A stretch of 64,000 nucleotides of DNA, taken from Puccinia triticina. Taxonomy: Eukaryota. The notes under the pieces are model-generated. The model made no database searches, was not told where the DNA came from, and saw only the letters and a list, made by a program, of their open reading frames with translations. Of this stretch, positions 38,301 through 50,262 are shown piece after piece. Numbering within the stretch: the stretch's first letter is position 1; every line of letters starts with the position of its first letter. The DNA is taken from assembly GCA_026914245.1 (NCBI GenBank), contig CP110440.1, positions 3,658,001 to 3,722,000 on the forward strand, written 5' to 3'. A program made the translations under genes and the position numbers.

Positions 38301-39094
38301 ATAGAACCAATCACATGATTCTTGCCATGGACAATGGAAATGGTGCCAATTATGATCCCTTAGTTGATTTTGACTTTGGAACACATGCTGTAGAGTGTGA
38401 GATAAACCAAGACTTCTCCATTGCTGAAATTCAAGCTGAAACTCATCAACCTCAGACCTGGGACAAATCCTGCCAGTCTTCCCACATAGAAGATGCTAGA
38501 CTAATGAAATGCAAGCCTGATAGAGGAAAAGCTCATCTTACTGGAAAAGCAAATCTTACTACTGTCCTCATTGAATCCAGAGAACAATCATGTCTTCTTG
38601 ATAGTGGAGCTTCTTGCTCAATCATCAGCAACAAATTGCTAGATTCTATATTACCAGAATGGGAAAACAAGCTCATGCCAATTAACCATGCTAAATTCCA
38701 CAGCTGTAGTGACCAATTACAGCCAATGGGCATAATAGAAATGGCTTTGATTTTTCCTCACACTAAAGGTTCTATTAGAATTCTAACAGAATTTGTAGTC
38801 ATGAAAAATGCAAGAATTAACTATCTTATCCTTGGAAATGATTACATGTCTCTTTATGGCTTTGACATCACAAACAGCAAAGAGAGATTCTTTACCATTG
38901 GAAATGAGAACAAGAGGAAGAAATTCAGCTTTAAGTCTCATCATCTGGAGAAAATGAGCCCTTCTAATGAAATTTCTGCTGTAAAGAAGTCCCATCCTCA
39001 ACTGCAGAAATTTATTACAGAAGAACTCTGTGAAGCCAAATTCAGTGATAAGTTGACTATTGAGCAAAAGGAGAAACTGTTTGAGGTCCTCTAA
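35357..39094 (+). CDS. gag: Gag-protease
   Basis: Retrotransposon capsid-like region, zinc knuckle CHFCKQTGHFSREC and protease LLDSGAS. The true start may lie downstream of 35357. Confidence 0.9.
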   Translation: MPPHLRNGRDLSEELRHRYRLSPAAEERLRRARSSLAASTGGFPQAPGRGAAPPRYRDPSGSIPAERNVHSSSVEQIHAGSTACRQGTNRFDGEPSSDESAALPAYQPRGHETHGAVQSSPPSVHSEPSTGSVLRTHGPYPGRGGVIQPHQYVQRTIRPFCPRQGSAEHINYEASPLPSLNDPRNDHRSGWEERRDTPVSGLDPQRGTQQSRNISDAPEQRQRAAELDRATNPSSFAASNDTARQPTAFTSHADSRAYGFSAPSLGAGVPGSYPSQSSRIPSTDAASNAPRESELPRNSLAAATTAADAPSEAATSFYTARGGSIIPPQPASANWRLQYTPLSANAARIRRPQPPSSSKQLERIREELETPSGRHSESSRNKRILDESHTRSEERLWTRESQRERPLLDESLPKSSLSSDSPLGLSLDIDNLSDPSNREFFLNNLNSEMSRNGPLFLEEKLQVLFSKFLSELSGTVETIPGTLLESCVSNFKDVLNHSILDLFKNEFIPLLLDQILNNIGESAREKSTVNNNVLEQLKKHIDDKFETVQDLILVNESQCHSNMDTIGQNLKDFEEKVSNNLTSIDNQINDLHANEHNRFEQSKRRFSDISSVVNTVSSKLDSVLIPDDRDQPPHLLYNNPFQNVHHEQQQEHRPTPPVPTPEPQRPPRDHFPKPASNTPDTKTQEEFPYIDHGAIDFEMRKELWKGIPKNGDWEKFSGELPYNHELWIKNTDILVRDYLMLDNMIISRLTILLTDTARNWYLGIRDEYGNKSWAWWKNAIRNKFGTENWKWKMQQEFENDHFAYDGRKIHKWFGNQRERLKAYQPELSQYLICEKILKQCPPNLEHAIKSRYKRDATEMSFEDMVIIAEEVIDRVMKKNKPVTNNYNTPNRSQWRSNPAPEKTDKPTDSSAKKNPVSAPEKDKLICHFCKQTGHFSRECPKKKNRINNVGMDDDDDPKSDNGEDQGEPHNSESELDEEEENHRTNHMILAMDNGNGANYDPLVDFDFGTHAVECEINQDFSIAEIQAETHQPQTWDKSCQSSHIEDARLMKCKPDRGKAHLTGKANLTTVLIESREQSCLLDSGASCSIISNKLLDSILPEWENKLMPINHAKFHSCSDQLQPMGIIEMALIFPHTKGSIRILTEFVVMKNARINYLILGNDYMSLYGFDITNSKERFFTIGNENKRKKFSFKSHHLEKMSPSNEISAVKKSHPQLQKFITEELCEAKFSDKLTIEQKEKLFEVL
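35376..36581 (+). CDS. 401-aa ORF overlapping the gag 5' region in another frame
   Basis: Stop-free ORF with ATG, a helical core (EEELSSLISMFNEQFDLFVRARE) and an RG-rich tail. Confidence 0.6.
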   Translation: MAETSPKSSATGTALAQPPKNGFEGPEAALPPLQEDFLKLPEEEPLPPDTGIPPALYQPRETSIALASSRSTPVPRPVDREQIDLTVNPPQTSQPPSQPINPEGMRPTAPSNLALLPYTQSPRREASSGPMDLIPEEEELSSLISMFNEQFDLFVRAREAQNILTMRRLLSQASMTQEMIIDLVGRNDGIRLCQDWIPREELNNLEISLTRQNNGNGPPNSTALQTRAPSQLAMIPHASQQPLLVTPTPEPMGFQHRALAQEFQAPILPNLPESRPQTQPQMRPENQNYQGTPLPPPQPPQTLQARQPPASIPREVVQLFRPSPHLQTGGYNTPHYPQMPQEFAGHNPPPPQNNWRGSGRNWRRPQDDTQRVLEIREYLMRATRGVRRGYGRGRARGRGPY

Positions 39095-42000
39095 AATAAC
39101 AACCTTGCCTTCTCCAACACCAATCAGCCCCTTGGTGCCATTAAGGGTCATGAAGTTCATATCAAGTTGACAACTGAGAGACCTTACCCTCCTCTCCTCA
39201 GAAGACCTCCTTATCCTGCCAGCCCCAAAAGCAGAGAAGCTCTTGAGCAACACATTGAAGAGCTAGTAAAACTGAATGTTCTAAGGAAAGTTGGTCATAA
39301 TGAAGTAGTTGAGATCACTACTCCTGTGATCATTGCCTGGCACAATGGAAAGTCCAGAATGGTAGGAGACTTCAGAGCTTTGAATTCCTACACTGCTTCA
39401 GACAGGTATCCCATTCCTAAGATCAGTGAGACTCTGAACAATCTGGCTAAAGCTAAGTACCTGACTAGCATGGATGTACTCAAAGGTTTTCACCAGAATG
39501 TCATTGCAGAAGATTCCAGACATCTACTCAGGATTATTATGCACAAAGGAATCTATGAGTACCTGAGAATGCCCTTTGGGATCAAGAATGCCCCCTCTCA
39601 TTTCCAGAGAATGATGGACATTGAATTCAGAAAGGAAATTGATGAGAAGTGGGCCATTATCTACATTGATGATATCATCATTATGTCCAACACTTGGGAG
39701 GAACACCTCAATAGGATAGACAGGATCCTGAAAGTTGTTATTAACATGAACATGAAAATCTCCTTGAAGAAGTGTAACTTTGGATTCCATCAGATCAAAG
39801 CTCTAGGTCATCTTGTGTCTGGTATTGCCATAGGAATAGACCAGAACAAAGTAGCTGCTGTTCTCCAAAAGCCTGTGCCTAGTAATAGGAAAGAAATGCA
39901 ATCATTTCTTGGTTTCGCTGGCTACTACAGACAACACATTGAGAAGTTTGCAGAGATAGCAAAACCTCTGACTGAACTGACAAGGATTGATGTCATATAT
40001 GAGATGACTCATCATAGAATAGTAGCCTACAACTTGTTAAAAGAGAAACTGACCACAGCTCCATTGCTACTGTTTCCTGACTGGGCCCATCCCTTCACAC
40101 TATATGTAGATGCTAGCATGACTGGTCTAGGTGCTGCTTTACATCAAGTCCAAGTCATTGATGGAGTGAGAAAAAAAGGACCCATTGTTTTCATATCCAG
40201 ACAACTGAAGGACAGTGAAACAAGATATGGTGCTAGTCAACTTGAATGCTTATGTCTGGTCTGGGCCCTGGAAAAACTCCATTACTACTTAGATGGCAGT
40301 GTCTTTCATGTTGTAACAGACTGCACAGCTTTGAGATCACTGCTGAACATGAAGACTCCCAATAGACATATGCTCAGGTGGCAGATTGCTATTCAGGAAT
40401 ACAGAGGCAATATGACCATAATCCACAGAGATGGGAATATTCACAAGAATGCTGATGGACTGAGCAGATGGGCTTTGCCAAATGATCCTAGTAACCCTGC
40501 TTATGACCCAGAAGACAAGGATGATGATAGATTCCCCATCATGGGCATACATGTTTCCACTTTCAAGAATGAGTTCTTTGACTCAGTGAGAGAAGGCTAC
40601 AAGCAAGACAAGAACACTACCATATTATCTGAACTTTTGTTGAAAGATGCTAAAGATGCCCAGCTGAAAAATTCCTTACAAGATCCTTGGAGAAAGCTAT
40701 ATGATGAAGGAAGGTTCTCTATATTTGATGGCCTCATCTACTTCAGAGAGAAACACAACTCTGTCCTAGTCCTAGCTGACAAAGAAAGTATCAACACCAT
40801 CTTGCATGAATGCCATGACAGTGTCTACTCAGGTCATTTTTCTGAAGACAGGACTTTAGAAAAAGTAGCTGATACTGCTTGGTGGGCTAACTGGAAACAA
40901 GACACTGGTGAATACTGCTCTTCCTGTGATAGATGCCAGAAAGCAAATAAAGCCACAGGCAAAAGATTTGGACTGCTCATGAAAATTGAAGAACCTTCAA
41001 AACCATGGGATGTTATTAACATGGATTGGGTAACTTCTTTGTCCCCTGGAGGAGCAGCTAGTTTCAATGCTTGTCTGGTAATAGTGGACAGATACTCTAA
41101 GACCCCTATATTTGTACCCTGCTTCAAGGATGACTCTGCTATGGACACTGCCATACTGTTTTGGAACAGAGTAATGCCTAGGACTGGCATCCCCAGAATC
41201 ATCATCTCTGATAGAGACCCTAAGTTCACATCTGAATTCTGGACTGGTTTACATAGTATGCTGGGAACAAAACTCTCCTTCTCCACTGCTTACCACCCTC
41301 AGACTGATGGATTAGCTGAGAGGATGATTCAAACACTTGAAGATATGATCAGGAGGTTTTGTGCATATGGTCTAGAATTCAAAGACAATGATGGTTACAC
41401 TCATGATTGGGTTTCACTTCTACCAATCCTTGAGTTAGCTTACTGCACCAGCATACATTCAACCACTGGAAAACCTCCTGCCATCCTAGAAAAAGGCTGG
41501 ATCCCAAACCTTCCCAGAAATTTCTTGAAGCAAGACTCTGTAGACATTCATCCTACTGCTCTTGCTTATGGAAAGATCTTTGAGAAAGCCAGAAAACATG
41601 CTGAGCAATGCATAACAGAAGCTACATCCTACAACAAAGAAAGATGGGACAAGAGTCACAAAGAACCATCTTTTAAAGTTGGTGATAAAGTCCTAATATC
41701 CACAGCAAACTTCAACAACCTGTCTGGCCCTAAGAAGATGAGAGACTCCTTCACTGGACCATTCCTTGTGAAAGCTTTACATGGGAAGAATGCTGTAGAA
41801 GTGATACTGACTGAAGAGTTTAGCAGGAAACATCCCACATTTCCTGTCAGCTTGGTGAAACCATACAAGGACCCCAATCCAGACAAGTTCCCTTTGAGAC
41901 AAAAAGTCAAAGTTGTCATTCCCCCTATGGATAAAACCCCTCAGAGTAAAGTCATACAAAAGATTCTCAGAGACAAGAGATTGAGAGTGGAAAACAGAGA

Positions 42001-42136
42001 TGTTATGATGTACTTAGCTAGATACAATGGTATGAGTGCTGATCATGATGAATGGCTCCTTGAGAAAGACATCCCAGACTCTGCTATCCTTCTCAGGAAA
42101 TTCAGAAGTGACAAGAGGTCTAACCCTGTGGTTTAA
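39095..42136 (+). CDS. pol: Pol: RT, RNase H, integrase, chromodomain; in frame with gag after a TAA
   Basis: YIDD, VDAS...TDC...NADGLSR, HECHD...GH...CSSCDRC, MDWV/SDRD/GLAE, GPF motif and C-terminal KILRDKR...YLARY...DEWL. Confidence 0.95.
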   Translation, partial: NNNLAFSNTNQPLGAIKGHEVHIKLTTERPYPPLLRRPPYPASPKSREALEQHIEELVKLNVLRKVGHNEVVEITTPVIIAWHNGKSRMVGDFRALNSYTASDRYPIPKISETLNNLAKAKYLTSMDVLKGFHQNVIAEDSRHLLRIIMHKGIYEYLRMPFGIKNAPSHFQRMMDIEFRKEIDEKWAIIYIDDIIIMSNTWEEHLNRIDRILKVVINMNMKISLKKCNFGFHQIKALGHLVSGIAIGIDQNKVAAVLQKPVPSNRKEMQSFLGFAGYYRQHIEKFAEIAKPLTELTRIDVIYEMTHHRIVAYNLLKEKLTTAPLLLFPDWAHPFTLYVDASMTGLGAALHQVQVIDGVRKKGPIVFISRQLKDSETRYGASQLECLCLVWALEKLHYYLDGSVFHVVTDCTALRSLLNMKTPNRHMLRWQIAIQEYRGNMTIIHRDGNIHKNADGLSRWALPNDPSNPAYDPEDKDDDRFPIMGIHVSTFKNEFFDSVREGYKQDKNTTILSELLLKDAKDAQLKNSLQDPWRKLYDEGRFSIFDGLIYFREKHNSVLVLADKESINTILHECHDSVYSGHFSEDRTLEKVADTAWWANWKQDTGEYCSSCDRCQKANKATGKRFGLLMKIEEPSKPWDVINMDWVTSLSPGGAASFNACLVIVDRYSKTPIFVPCFKDDSAMDTAILFWNRVMPRTGIPRIIISDRDPKFTSEFWTGLHSMLGTKLSFSTAYHPQTDGLAERMIQTLEDMIRRFCAYGLEFKDNDGYTHDWVSLLPILELAYCTSIHSTTGKPPAILEKGWIPNLPRNFLKQDSVDIHPTALAYGKIFEKARKHAEQCITEATSYNKERWDKSHKEPSFKVGDKVLISTANFNNLSGPKKMRDSFTGPFLVKALHGKNAVEVILTEEFSRKHPTFPVSLVKPYKDPNPDKFPLRQKVKVVIPPMDKTPQSKVIQKILRDKRLRVENRDVMMYLARYNGMSADHDEWLLEKDIPDSAILLRKFRSDKRSNPVV

Positions 42137-42173
42137 TTTCTTACAGAAATCCAACCCTTTTGGTGGTAGGGAA

Positions 42174-43141
42174 TGTCAGCCTTAGAGTCATCACAGCTGA
42201 CCTAAAAGCTGCCTGTTCTACCTTTGTTACATATAAATTACTTTATATCTTTTTCATCTTAAGAGATATCCCTGTTTTGACTTCATATTCTGTTTCCTCA
42301 TGCAATTTTAACCCTAGTTACAACTTACCAATTCATTGTAACTATACTCCTTCCCTGAGTTACTGAGTTGTAGCGCCCTTGCGCAGTTGTGACGTGTCAG
42401 CGCTACTAGGCGCGCCAAACCACATGTACATATGTAAATTACATAAGCAAACTGTGAAAATTTTCGTAGTCAGGATCCCCCTTGCCTGAGGCGGATCCAC
42501 AGACTTCAGCACACCAGAACCACCACCCAGATAACTCCAGGATCACCACCAAAGAGCCTACTATACTCCCAGTATACCTACCGTCACAGGCGCCTAGGAT
42601 ATTGACAGTAAGTAACCTCTTTCACTGAACCTTGTTTATCTCAGAGGTACAACTCTGTGTCTTGCTGGATCTGCCTTTTCTTCTTGCTTTGCTTCCTCCT
42701 TGATCACAGGGCTGTCCCTCCAAATCTATAGGCCTTTGCCTCCATCTTGATCACAGGGCTGTCCCTTCTTATCATCAGGCCTTTGCCTCAAAATCTAGGT
42801 TCAGGGCTGTCCCTCAGGTTTCCCATTAAGAACCTTGACTGTCCAGAGAGAAGTCTAAAAAACTGTGGCTGGATTAAGACTTATCTAATCCAGATACCCT
42901 CCTGAGAGGAAGCTGTAGCACTTCTTGCACAGATTAGCAGCACTCTTCTGAAGAGTAGCATTGCCAGTGGACGTGCATTCCCACTAGAATAACCTAGTAC
43001 TTCTCTTCCTTCTTATCCTGCTTGGTTTCTCTCTCTCTTTCTCTTTTTCTATTATAGTTGTAATTTCTTTATCCCAAGAAATCCAACTATTGCCCTCCCA
43101 TTTCTTGTGTCCTGCTGTCACTATAGAGACTCAGGCTCACA
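42174..43141 (+). repeat. 3' LTR
   Basis: Direct repeat of 33622-34589. Confidence 0.97.
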
Positions 43142-43179
43142 ACGACACACAGAAGAAAAAGGCTTGTCTACAGGTACAT

Positions 43180-43213
43180 GTCACCGCAATGTACGCGCGA
43201 ACATAAGAGTGAC
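43180..43213. promoter_or_regulatory. 34-bp palindromic site, copy 2
   Basis: GTCAC CGCA ATGTACGCGCGAACAT AAGA GTGAC (one mismatch). Confidence 0.72.
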
Positions 43214-43905
43214 CTTCACTCAACTACAACTTTATGACAGTGTCATGTTGCAATATTATCTTGCCGGGACACCCTCCCATCCCCAAACTCATACAATGCA
43301 GTCTTGCAAGGCATTCAAAAAGACAAACCAACACCTTTTCTGAACTCAATACCAAAGTACAAATCTAATTTCCCTGGGCTTCACGCTCAATACATATCAA
43401 ATTTTCCTCACCACCTGATTAACAATAGTCAAAAAGTTGACAAAATGAGAACCACAATATTCTTTGAGGTAGTAACTGGAAATTTCATTTTTGACTTTAT
43501 GGGAACATGCAAAACGCCACAGGAAATGCGGTGTGTGTGACATGTTCCCTATACTATCATTTTTCTGTTTAAATTTCGGCTGAGAAAAACAACTAAAAAT
43601 AATGGTGTGACAGAAGGCCATATCATGAATGCAGAGGCAATAAGGAGAAGGTTTTTTTTGGAATAGGAAGCCAATCTGGAATTTGAGGCATTATGGAGAG
43701 AGAACTCAGCAATCATTGAATGAGAAATTCTTGACTTCGCAACTTTACTCACTATCTATCAGCACTCGATCTTGCCACAACAGTGATCCTAACAAATTCC
43801 ATCTCACTGAACAACATTTGGTGGGACTGTGCCTGGACTAATAAACATCAGTGGCCCTTTTTCAACACATGGGTCAAGGAACACAGGAATCAGCTGGATA
43901 ATACG

Positions 43906-44256
43906 CTAAAAAATTACACTCAAAACAAACGTACCTTTTCCAAGACGGTTCCTCTTGGCGTCCCAAATTGCCTTGACATTTGGAACTGCCCATTTGGGAA
44001 TACCCATATCATGTGCCCCCGAAGTCATTTTACCCTGACAGACAATATGCCATTTCCAGGCCTCCAATTCACGCTCTCGTTGGTTTGTGTTGGATGTGGT
44101 GGACTTGTGATCCTCATTTTCTGGCTCCCAGATCTTGAGTGCATTATCAATCGAGATCTGCATGTCTTGGAGCCATCTTACTTGGATGGGAGAAAGGGTA
44201 CCACAAACGGGAGATGATTGATGGTAGGAAGGTGGTTCATCACCATAATACAGCAT
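43906..44256 (-). pseudogene. Fragment of a decayed minus-strand cargo gene
   Basis: 116-aa protein-like ORF; neighbouring frames have several stops; no known motif. Confidence 0.35.
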
Positions 44257-44886
44257 GACATATAACTCAGAACAACGAGAAATTGGTTTGGGATGTGATG
44301 ATTTTCTTGCTCAATTCTGGTGGGAAAGACAGTGGGACCCACCACTAATTATGTGGAACAGTGTCACAAAATTCTTTACGGATTCAAGAATCATCTACCC
44401 CGGTCGGACAGGAGTGCTGCTGAATATGAAATTTGCGGGCATAAGGTGGTGGTATTTTTGAGAAGTTCAGAATGTACAAGGAATTATATGAGGATGCAGT
44501 GCAGCTTTTCTCAAACACCAATGTAGACTTTTTTATCTCCTCCAATTCCGAATCACATGATACCTGAGTGCATGTGTTATGATGACTCTATCTCCTGCAT
44601 GAGGGTAGCACATGACTTGAATATACTCTCCAAAAGATTCTTTGTCTGGAATTCTTGCAGCCAATCACGTGCACAGCTGGTTATTTTGCTGTGTACACAT
44701 ATCTTTACTCAACAACAGAAGAGCAGTGTGATTTCATCTATTGGTGGTGATGATTTAAGGCTTGGGTTGGATCAAGTTTTCTCATGTGAAGTGTGAAGCT
44801 TGATTACCGCTATTTTATTCTTCCTTCCTGAAAAAGTCCAAAGTCATCTGCTCTGCCTATATAATTTGAGTTAAAGCCAACACATC

Positions 44887-47800
44887 ATGTCCCGACCACC
44901 CAATTTGATTTGCCATTGCGAATTCTATGGGTGCAATAAGGCCCAGCATGAAGACGCGGGTGGTAGGGTTGCTTCGGGGAGGGTCTTGATAGGCAAATTA
45001 ACGTACCATATGCACCAGAGGAAAGAAAAAATGCAACTGGAGAAGAATGCGACCACCTTTTTGCAAACTGGCCCCATCAACTACAACCAAATTGAAGTGA
45101 GCGAAGTTTGGTTTACAATCATAAAATTTATTTCTTGGGGCTGATGGATGTGTGGTTCAGACTGTTCCGACCACCTCCAACTCAAATCAAAGTGCCTCCA
45201 CCACAGGGAAGGTGCCACACTTAGGAGGATTTTTGTAAACAGGTCATGATGCAGATGGCTGAATTTGTTTTAAAAAACCGGCTAAGCAAGGAGTGTTCTG
45301 CTGCTTTCCTTGAGGCAGCAAGGCAGAACGTCTCATTTCTAGGAGACTTGTGGAGCACTGAAGATCGGATCATCAATACAAAATCTATGATTCTACAGAT
45401 CCCTAAGACTCAGGAGGCGGTTTTCCATTGGCTTGGACTTTTTCCGAATCTTACAACACAGATATGTTGTAAAAAATGCTTTGCGCTTTACCCCCTGAAA
45501 AAGGATAATCGAGAACCTTCGACTAAATGTACTCAGTCTTTTTTTTCCCAATATCAGGGATATTGTAAGTGGGCAAAGTCACAAGAACTTGTGCCTGTGT
45601 GTGATCAAGAACTCATGAAGCTCGACAAGCATCAATCACGCAAACCGATTTGAACATACTCTTATCTGACTCTCAAGTCCTGGTTGAAAGATCGGCTTTC
45701 CCAACCTTCCTTCGAGGGGCTTCTAGATGCAAGTCTTTCAGCAACTAGTTGGGAACCACACAATGAAATGGAAGACGTGTGGCATGGAAGTGTCTGGCGA
45801 GAATTTCCAAACTTAGATGATGGGACGGGCGTTTACACACAGAATTCCGGAAACCTTGTGTTTAGCCTGTATCTTGACTGGTTCAATGCTGAAGGAACTT
45901 CAAATCTTGGAAAGCATAACTCTATTGGAGCAATCATCTTGATCTGCTTGAATCTTCCTCCAGCTCAGCGTTACAAGCAGGAAAACATCTTCCTTTTCGG
46001 AATTATTCCAGGGCCAAACGAGCCTAGTCTAGACAAAGTCAACCATCTTTTACGGCCGCTAGTGAATGAATTGAAGGAATTTTGGAAAGGAATATTCTTT
46101 GAATCAACAGCTTCTCATGCACAAGGAAGAACTATCCGTGCGGCAATTTTTCCTCTCATTGCAGATCTTCCTGCTCTCCGCAAGGTTGCTGGATTTGGAA
46201 GTCATGCCTCAATTTGATTTTGCTCTTTTTGTATGTTGAGCAAGAATGAAATTGAAGAAACGGACAAAACAAAATTCCCCTCGCGCACAAATGATGAACA
46301 ACGGAAACAAGCAAATGCATGGCTCCAACTCCAAAATGCAACTGAACGTAAACATTTTGTCAAGGAACACGGCGCAAGGTGGAGTGTACTCAACGACCTT
46401 CCATACTGGAGGCCAATAGAGTTCTGCTCTATTGAGTTAATGCATGCATTGATTTTGGGCGACTTAAAGGATCACACAATGCGCTTCATGTCCTTGCCAT
46501 TGGTTGCGTCCAAGCTCAAGATTATTCAAGAGAAAGATGCAGAATGGCAGAACAACAAGTCACACACCGAGCATCCGTTTGCAACGTATTCTGGCCCTAG
46601 CTCCATAAACAAGGGGAAACGTAAACTAGATGATCTTGAAAATCCAAATGCGAAATCCGACAAACCAAACAAGCGAGCTCGTGCAGCTGTAACAAAGCAA
46701 AAAAGTACCACAGCAAAGCAAGATATCGTTGACAGTGTGCTCTGCAGTGGCTCTGAGACAACTTCAGATGGGTCATCATCACATTCATATCGGCTTCGGA
46801 TTCGGAAGAAGGCTTTATGTGATGCGGATGAGGAGGTAACCACCAACTCAGAAGATGATAGTGCCAGTGATCACACTGCCACTCGAGCTCGACATAGAGC
46901 CCGCAGAGCTGCTCCATCACCAATACTGGACGTTAATGAACCTAAACTCTTGCCGGAGGAGCTGGAAATAGTGCGGAGAACAATCTTACATACAATTGTC
47001 CCCTCTTGGATTGATTGTGTTCCACGCAACTTGGGATTGGCAAGCCATGGATCTTTGAAAGCAGCAGAATGGTTGATACTGTACAAAGTTTACTATCCCA
47101 TTGCGTTAATTCCACTATGGACCAAATTGTACAAAGATTGTGCAACAGCCGAAAGCAAACAAAGAATATCTTCACTCCTGGAATCAACCACCCTACTATC
47201 AAAAATCTCACACTTTCTCACTCTTCCAAAGATCAAACTACAGGATCTTAGTGAGCTTGATGGCTTGGTTTTGGAATACCAAAGGTGCCTTAGTGAGCTT
47301 GATGGCTTGGTTTTGGAATACCGAAGGTGCCTTCAGGAAGGTTGGCCAACAAAACCAAGCAAGCCAAATCTACATCTAACACAACATTACTCTGATGTTA
47401 TTCACCGTTTTGGACCCCCTCGATCAACTGCTGCTTGGGCACAGGAAAGAGTCAATGGAATGTTGCAGAAACTCCCTACAAACCATCACATGGGTGAGTT
47501 TTATATTAGTGTGTTTGTACTCAATTTGTAGAATTTTTAAGCTGACAATAAATCGGGTCTATTGCAGATGAGATACCTAAAACACTGATGAAGGAGTGGC
47601 ACATCAACTCAACGTTCCAGCTGATTCTCAAAGACCACAATAAAAAAAACATTGGTATCATAGGGAAAAACGACGAGAAGGAAACAACTCAAACTCAGTT
47701 GAATGGAACTTTGATGAAGAAATGGAAGCGAGCTGTGGCTGGTAAGGAGGGTTCAAGGGGAAGGCTGGGTCAAAGTGTAGAAGAACTTCAACTTTCCTTG

Positions 47801-48196
47801 ACTGTTGAGGTTGTTGAATACATCAATATCAATGAGAAGAAGTTCACCACAAAAAGCCATCACCCAGGAAATTGCTTAGTGGAGTTCTACTTAGGGAGGG
47901 ATCAACGATTTGGAGAGGTGGAACAAATATTCCGATCAGAAGAAACACCTGCGAAAACTTGGTTGATAGTCAAACCATTCAAGGAAGTAGCACAACAAGA
48001 AGATCCATACAGGGATTACCCGGATCTCAACTGCCGTCTAGTTCAATCCAATCAGGAGGTTAGTGAGGTGATTGACAGTGGAAGGGTTATTGGTCATGTT
48101 GCAATCCTGGCAAATCCGATCTCAACCTTTGGAATTTCGACAAACACCATCAGTGCTGTTGGATTGGGTACAGCTGTGAGTCTCATTCAATTTTGA
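44887..48196 (+). pseudogene. CACTA/EnSpm Tnp2 (Transposase_21-like) transposase, disrupted
   Basis: CCKKCFALY, DVWHGSVW, SLYLDWFN, SIGAIILICLNLPP..RYKQEN..L.GIIPGP.EP, ADLPALRKVAGF, ELMHALILG, LKAAEW, KPNLH, FGP....AWAQERVNG. In-frame TGA at 45651 and 46215; introns 45097-45160 and 47494-47568. Confidence 0.92.
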
Positions 48197-48854
48197 TACA
48201 ACATTTGTGTACATACTTATCTGAATTTTGGGTTTGTTTGGTTTTGTTTTTTTTTACGTATGAAGGGGTGGGAGGGCCTTGTGAATTGATTGAAAATTGA
48301 AGGAAGAAAAAGGGATAACTGATTATCTGCCAGACCCCCTTTTCTTTGTTGTAAAATTCAGAAATGCATTTTCCACATATTCGGTGTTGTTTCCCTTGAT
48401 TTGCAATAGTGATACAAATCCCCATCAGCCTCAATTGCTGAATATTTCACCGAATTTGATGCACTTTAGCCAGTTTATCCTTTATTACTCTACTTTCTCC
48501 TTTTCAACCGTCAAACTCTGCTCAAAGCGCTTTTTCTCTTGAACTACTGCATAAAATACTCTTTCAATCATATACTGTCATTCTTCTGAGATCTGATTTC
48601 ATCAAGTGTTCGAGACAAACTTCTGTGTGTCATGCCTTCAGAATTCAACAAACAAAACGGGGCTGGGAATGAAGACAACAGGAATGATGCCTCTTCTGGT
48701 GTGGGTCCGGATGATAGTTGGATTTCGGCGGTTGTAGATGGATTAATTCCCAAGTTTGGAGTCAATGGAAGCGCTTCTACAATGGAAACCGGTGTTGGTG
48801 GTCAGTGTATAGTTAAATTTGATTGGTTTTCTGCTTGCTGATAGATGGGTGCAC

Positions 48855-49229
48855 TTACTAGCAGTGGCGAGCTGAACATGTTACCAGTAAGAATGTGTCC
48901 GAATTGGCGTAGTGGTGATCTCACTTCGGTACTCCACTGCCTTGACAAAATGGTGAAGGCACAGGCGCAGCACCACAAAACCATCGAAACCAACGAGAAG
49001 ATCTACAGCCGCTCTAAGACAATTTTCAAGACTTTCAAAGGCGCAAGGGGGGTGCCCAGAGATTTGCCTTGAGATTGCTATGATGACGCCTGGTGGGAAA
49101 AGTTGAGTCCATTCGAGCGGGAAACCATCTCAACAGTCAAATCATTTGGCATCAAGGATATTACGAAGAACCTTGAAACACACTGTCATGGTACAACTAT
49201 AACGGGCGATTCAAATGCGGCATCTTGAA
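48855..49229 (+). pseudogene. 5'-truncated paralog of the 32163-33266 gene
   Basis: PNWRSGDLTSVLHCLD...GVPRDLP*DCYDDAWW shows the same motif order. Confidence 0.6.
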
Positions 49230-49534
49230 GTCCCACTCAGACCTGCAAGAACAAGCGACGATTGGAAGACGATTCTGGAAATGCTGGTCCAAGTACAACG
49301 TCTGGGGAAGGTTTGGGTGAAAATGGAGGGAGAGGGATGAATGTGGATTAGATTGAATTCTCTTTATGCTTATTTTCCATATGCTTTTGACTATCCATTT
49401 TCCCTTAGTCAAAATTGGAGATAGTTGGGGTACTTTGTGCCAATATGAAATCGTACTCTCCTGTGTGCTAACCGGATTGTATGTTTGAGTTCCACTCTGC
49501 TGGAGTAGGGCCAAAAAGAGGATTGTCCTTATTT

Positions 49535-49568
49535 GTCACTCTCATGTACGCGCGTACATAGCAGTGAC
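49535..49568. promoter_or_regulatory. 34-bp palindromic site, copy 3
   Basis: GTCAC TCTC ATGTACGCGCGTACAT AGCA GTGAC. Confidence 0.75.
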
Positions 49569-49668
49569 ATAGCCCTCTAATGCAATCATAGCAAAAAAAT
49601 TACATGCGAGGCAGTCTGCATGTAGATCTTCATGTAGCGGGTGAAATTTCATGTTACATTTGCATGAT

Positions 49669-49702
49669 GTCACCCTGATGTACGCGCGTACAAAAGGGTG
49701 AC
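49669..49702. promoter_or_regulatory. 34-bp palindromic site, copy 4
   Basis: GTCAC CCTG ATGTACGCGCGTACAA AAGG GTGAC (one mismatch). Confidence 0.72.
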
Positions 49703-50262
49703 TCAAGTTCATACACACTTCAGATGGACTTCCAGCACACATATCACCCATTTCCTCTTCTAAACCCACATATATTGTTGTCAGTACCACATGCCTTCCT
49801 GAGAAATCTCTTTGCAGCTCTGAATAAGTATGTGCTTACGTTTGGAATTCCATGATTTGCTGTATCTTTTGAGAGTACAACAGTTTCATGGTTGGCTAAT
49901 GACGAGATAATCCACTACTCTGTAAACAGAAAGTCACGTGATATTCCAGTGCTGACCTCCTCTTCGAATAAGCATGCATATTTCAGGCTGATCTGTTTTA
50001 GGCTAATGAATACATAAGATTGGGAAGGGTTTGGCCATGCCAAACAAATACGTCTTTGTAGTTTATAACAAAGGTGGATTGTGGGTGAACAAAGGTTAGG
50101 TTAAAGGTTTTTCACACAATGGGAGTATTCTAGAACCGTGCACGAAGACTACATAAGAGGTCTCCTTCCCAGCCCATTCACCCCACATCAACTAAAAATC
50201 TCAACATCCTATCCTTCATTGTTCAAAATCCTCCTGATATCATTCTAAAATTTCACATCAAC

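Larger units (their letters stand above)
33622..43141 (+). mobile_element. Ty3/Gypsy LTR retrotransposon (chromovirus), full length, young
   Basis: 968-bp TG...CA LTRs, 5-bp TSD ACGAC (33617-33621 and 43142-43146), PBS TGGGGGCCTCATC at about 34592 (tRNA-Pro-like), PPT at 42161-42173, domain order PR-RT-RH-IN. Confidence 0.98.
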
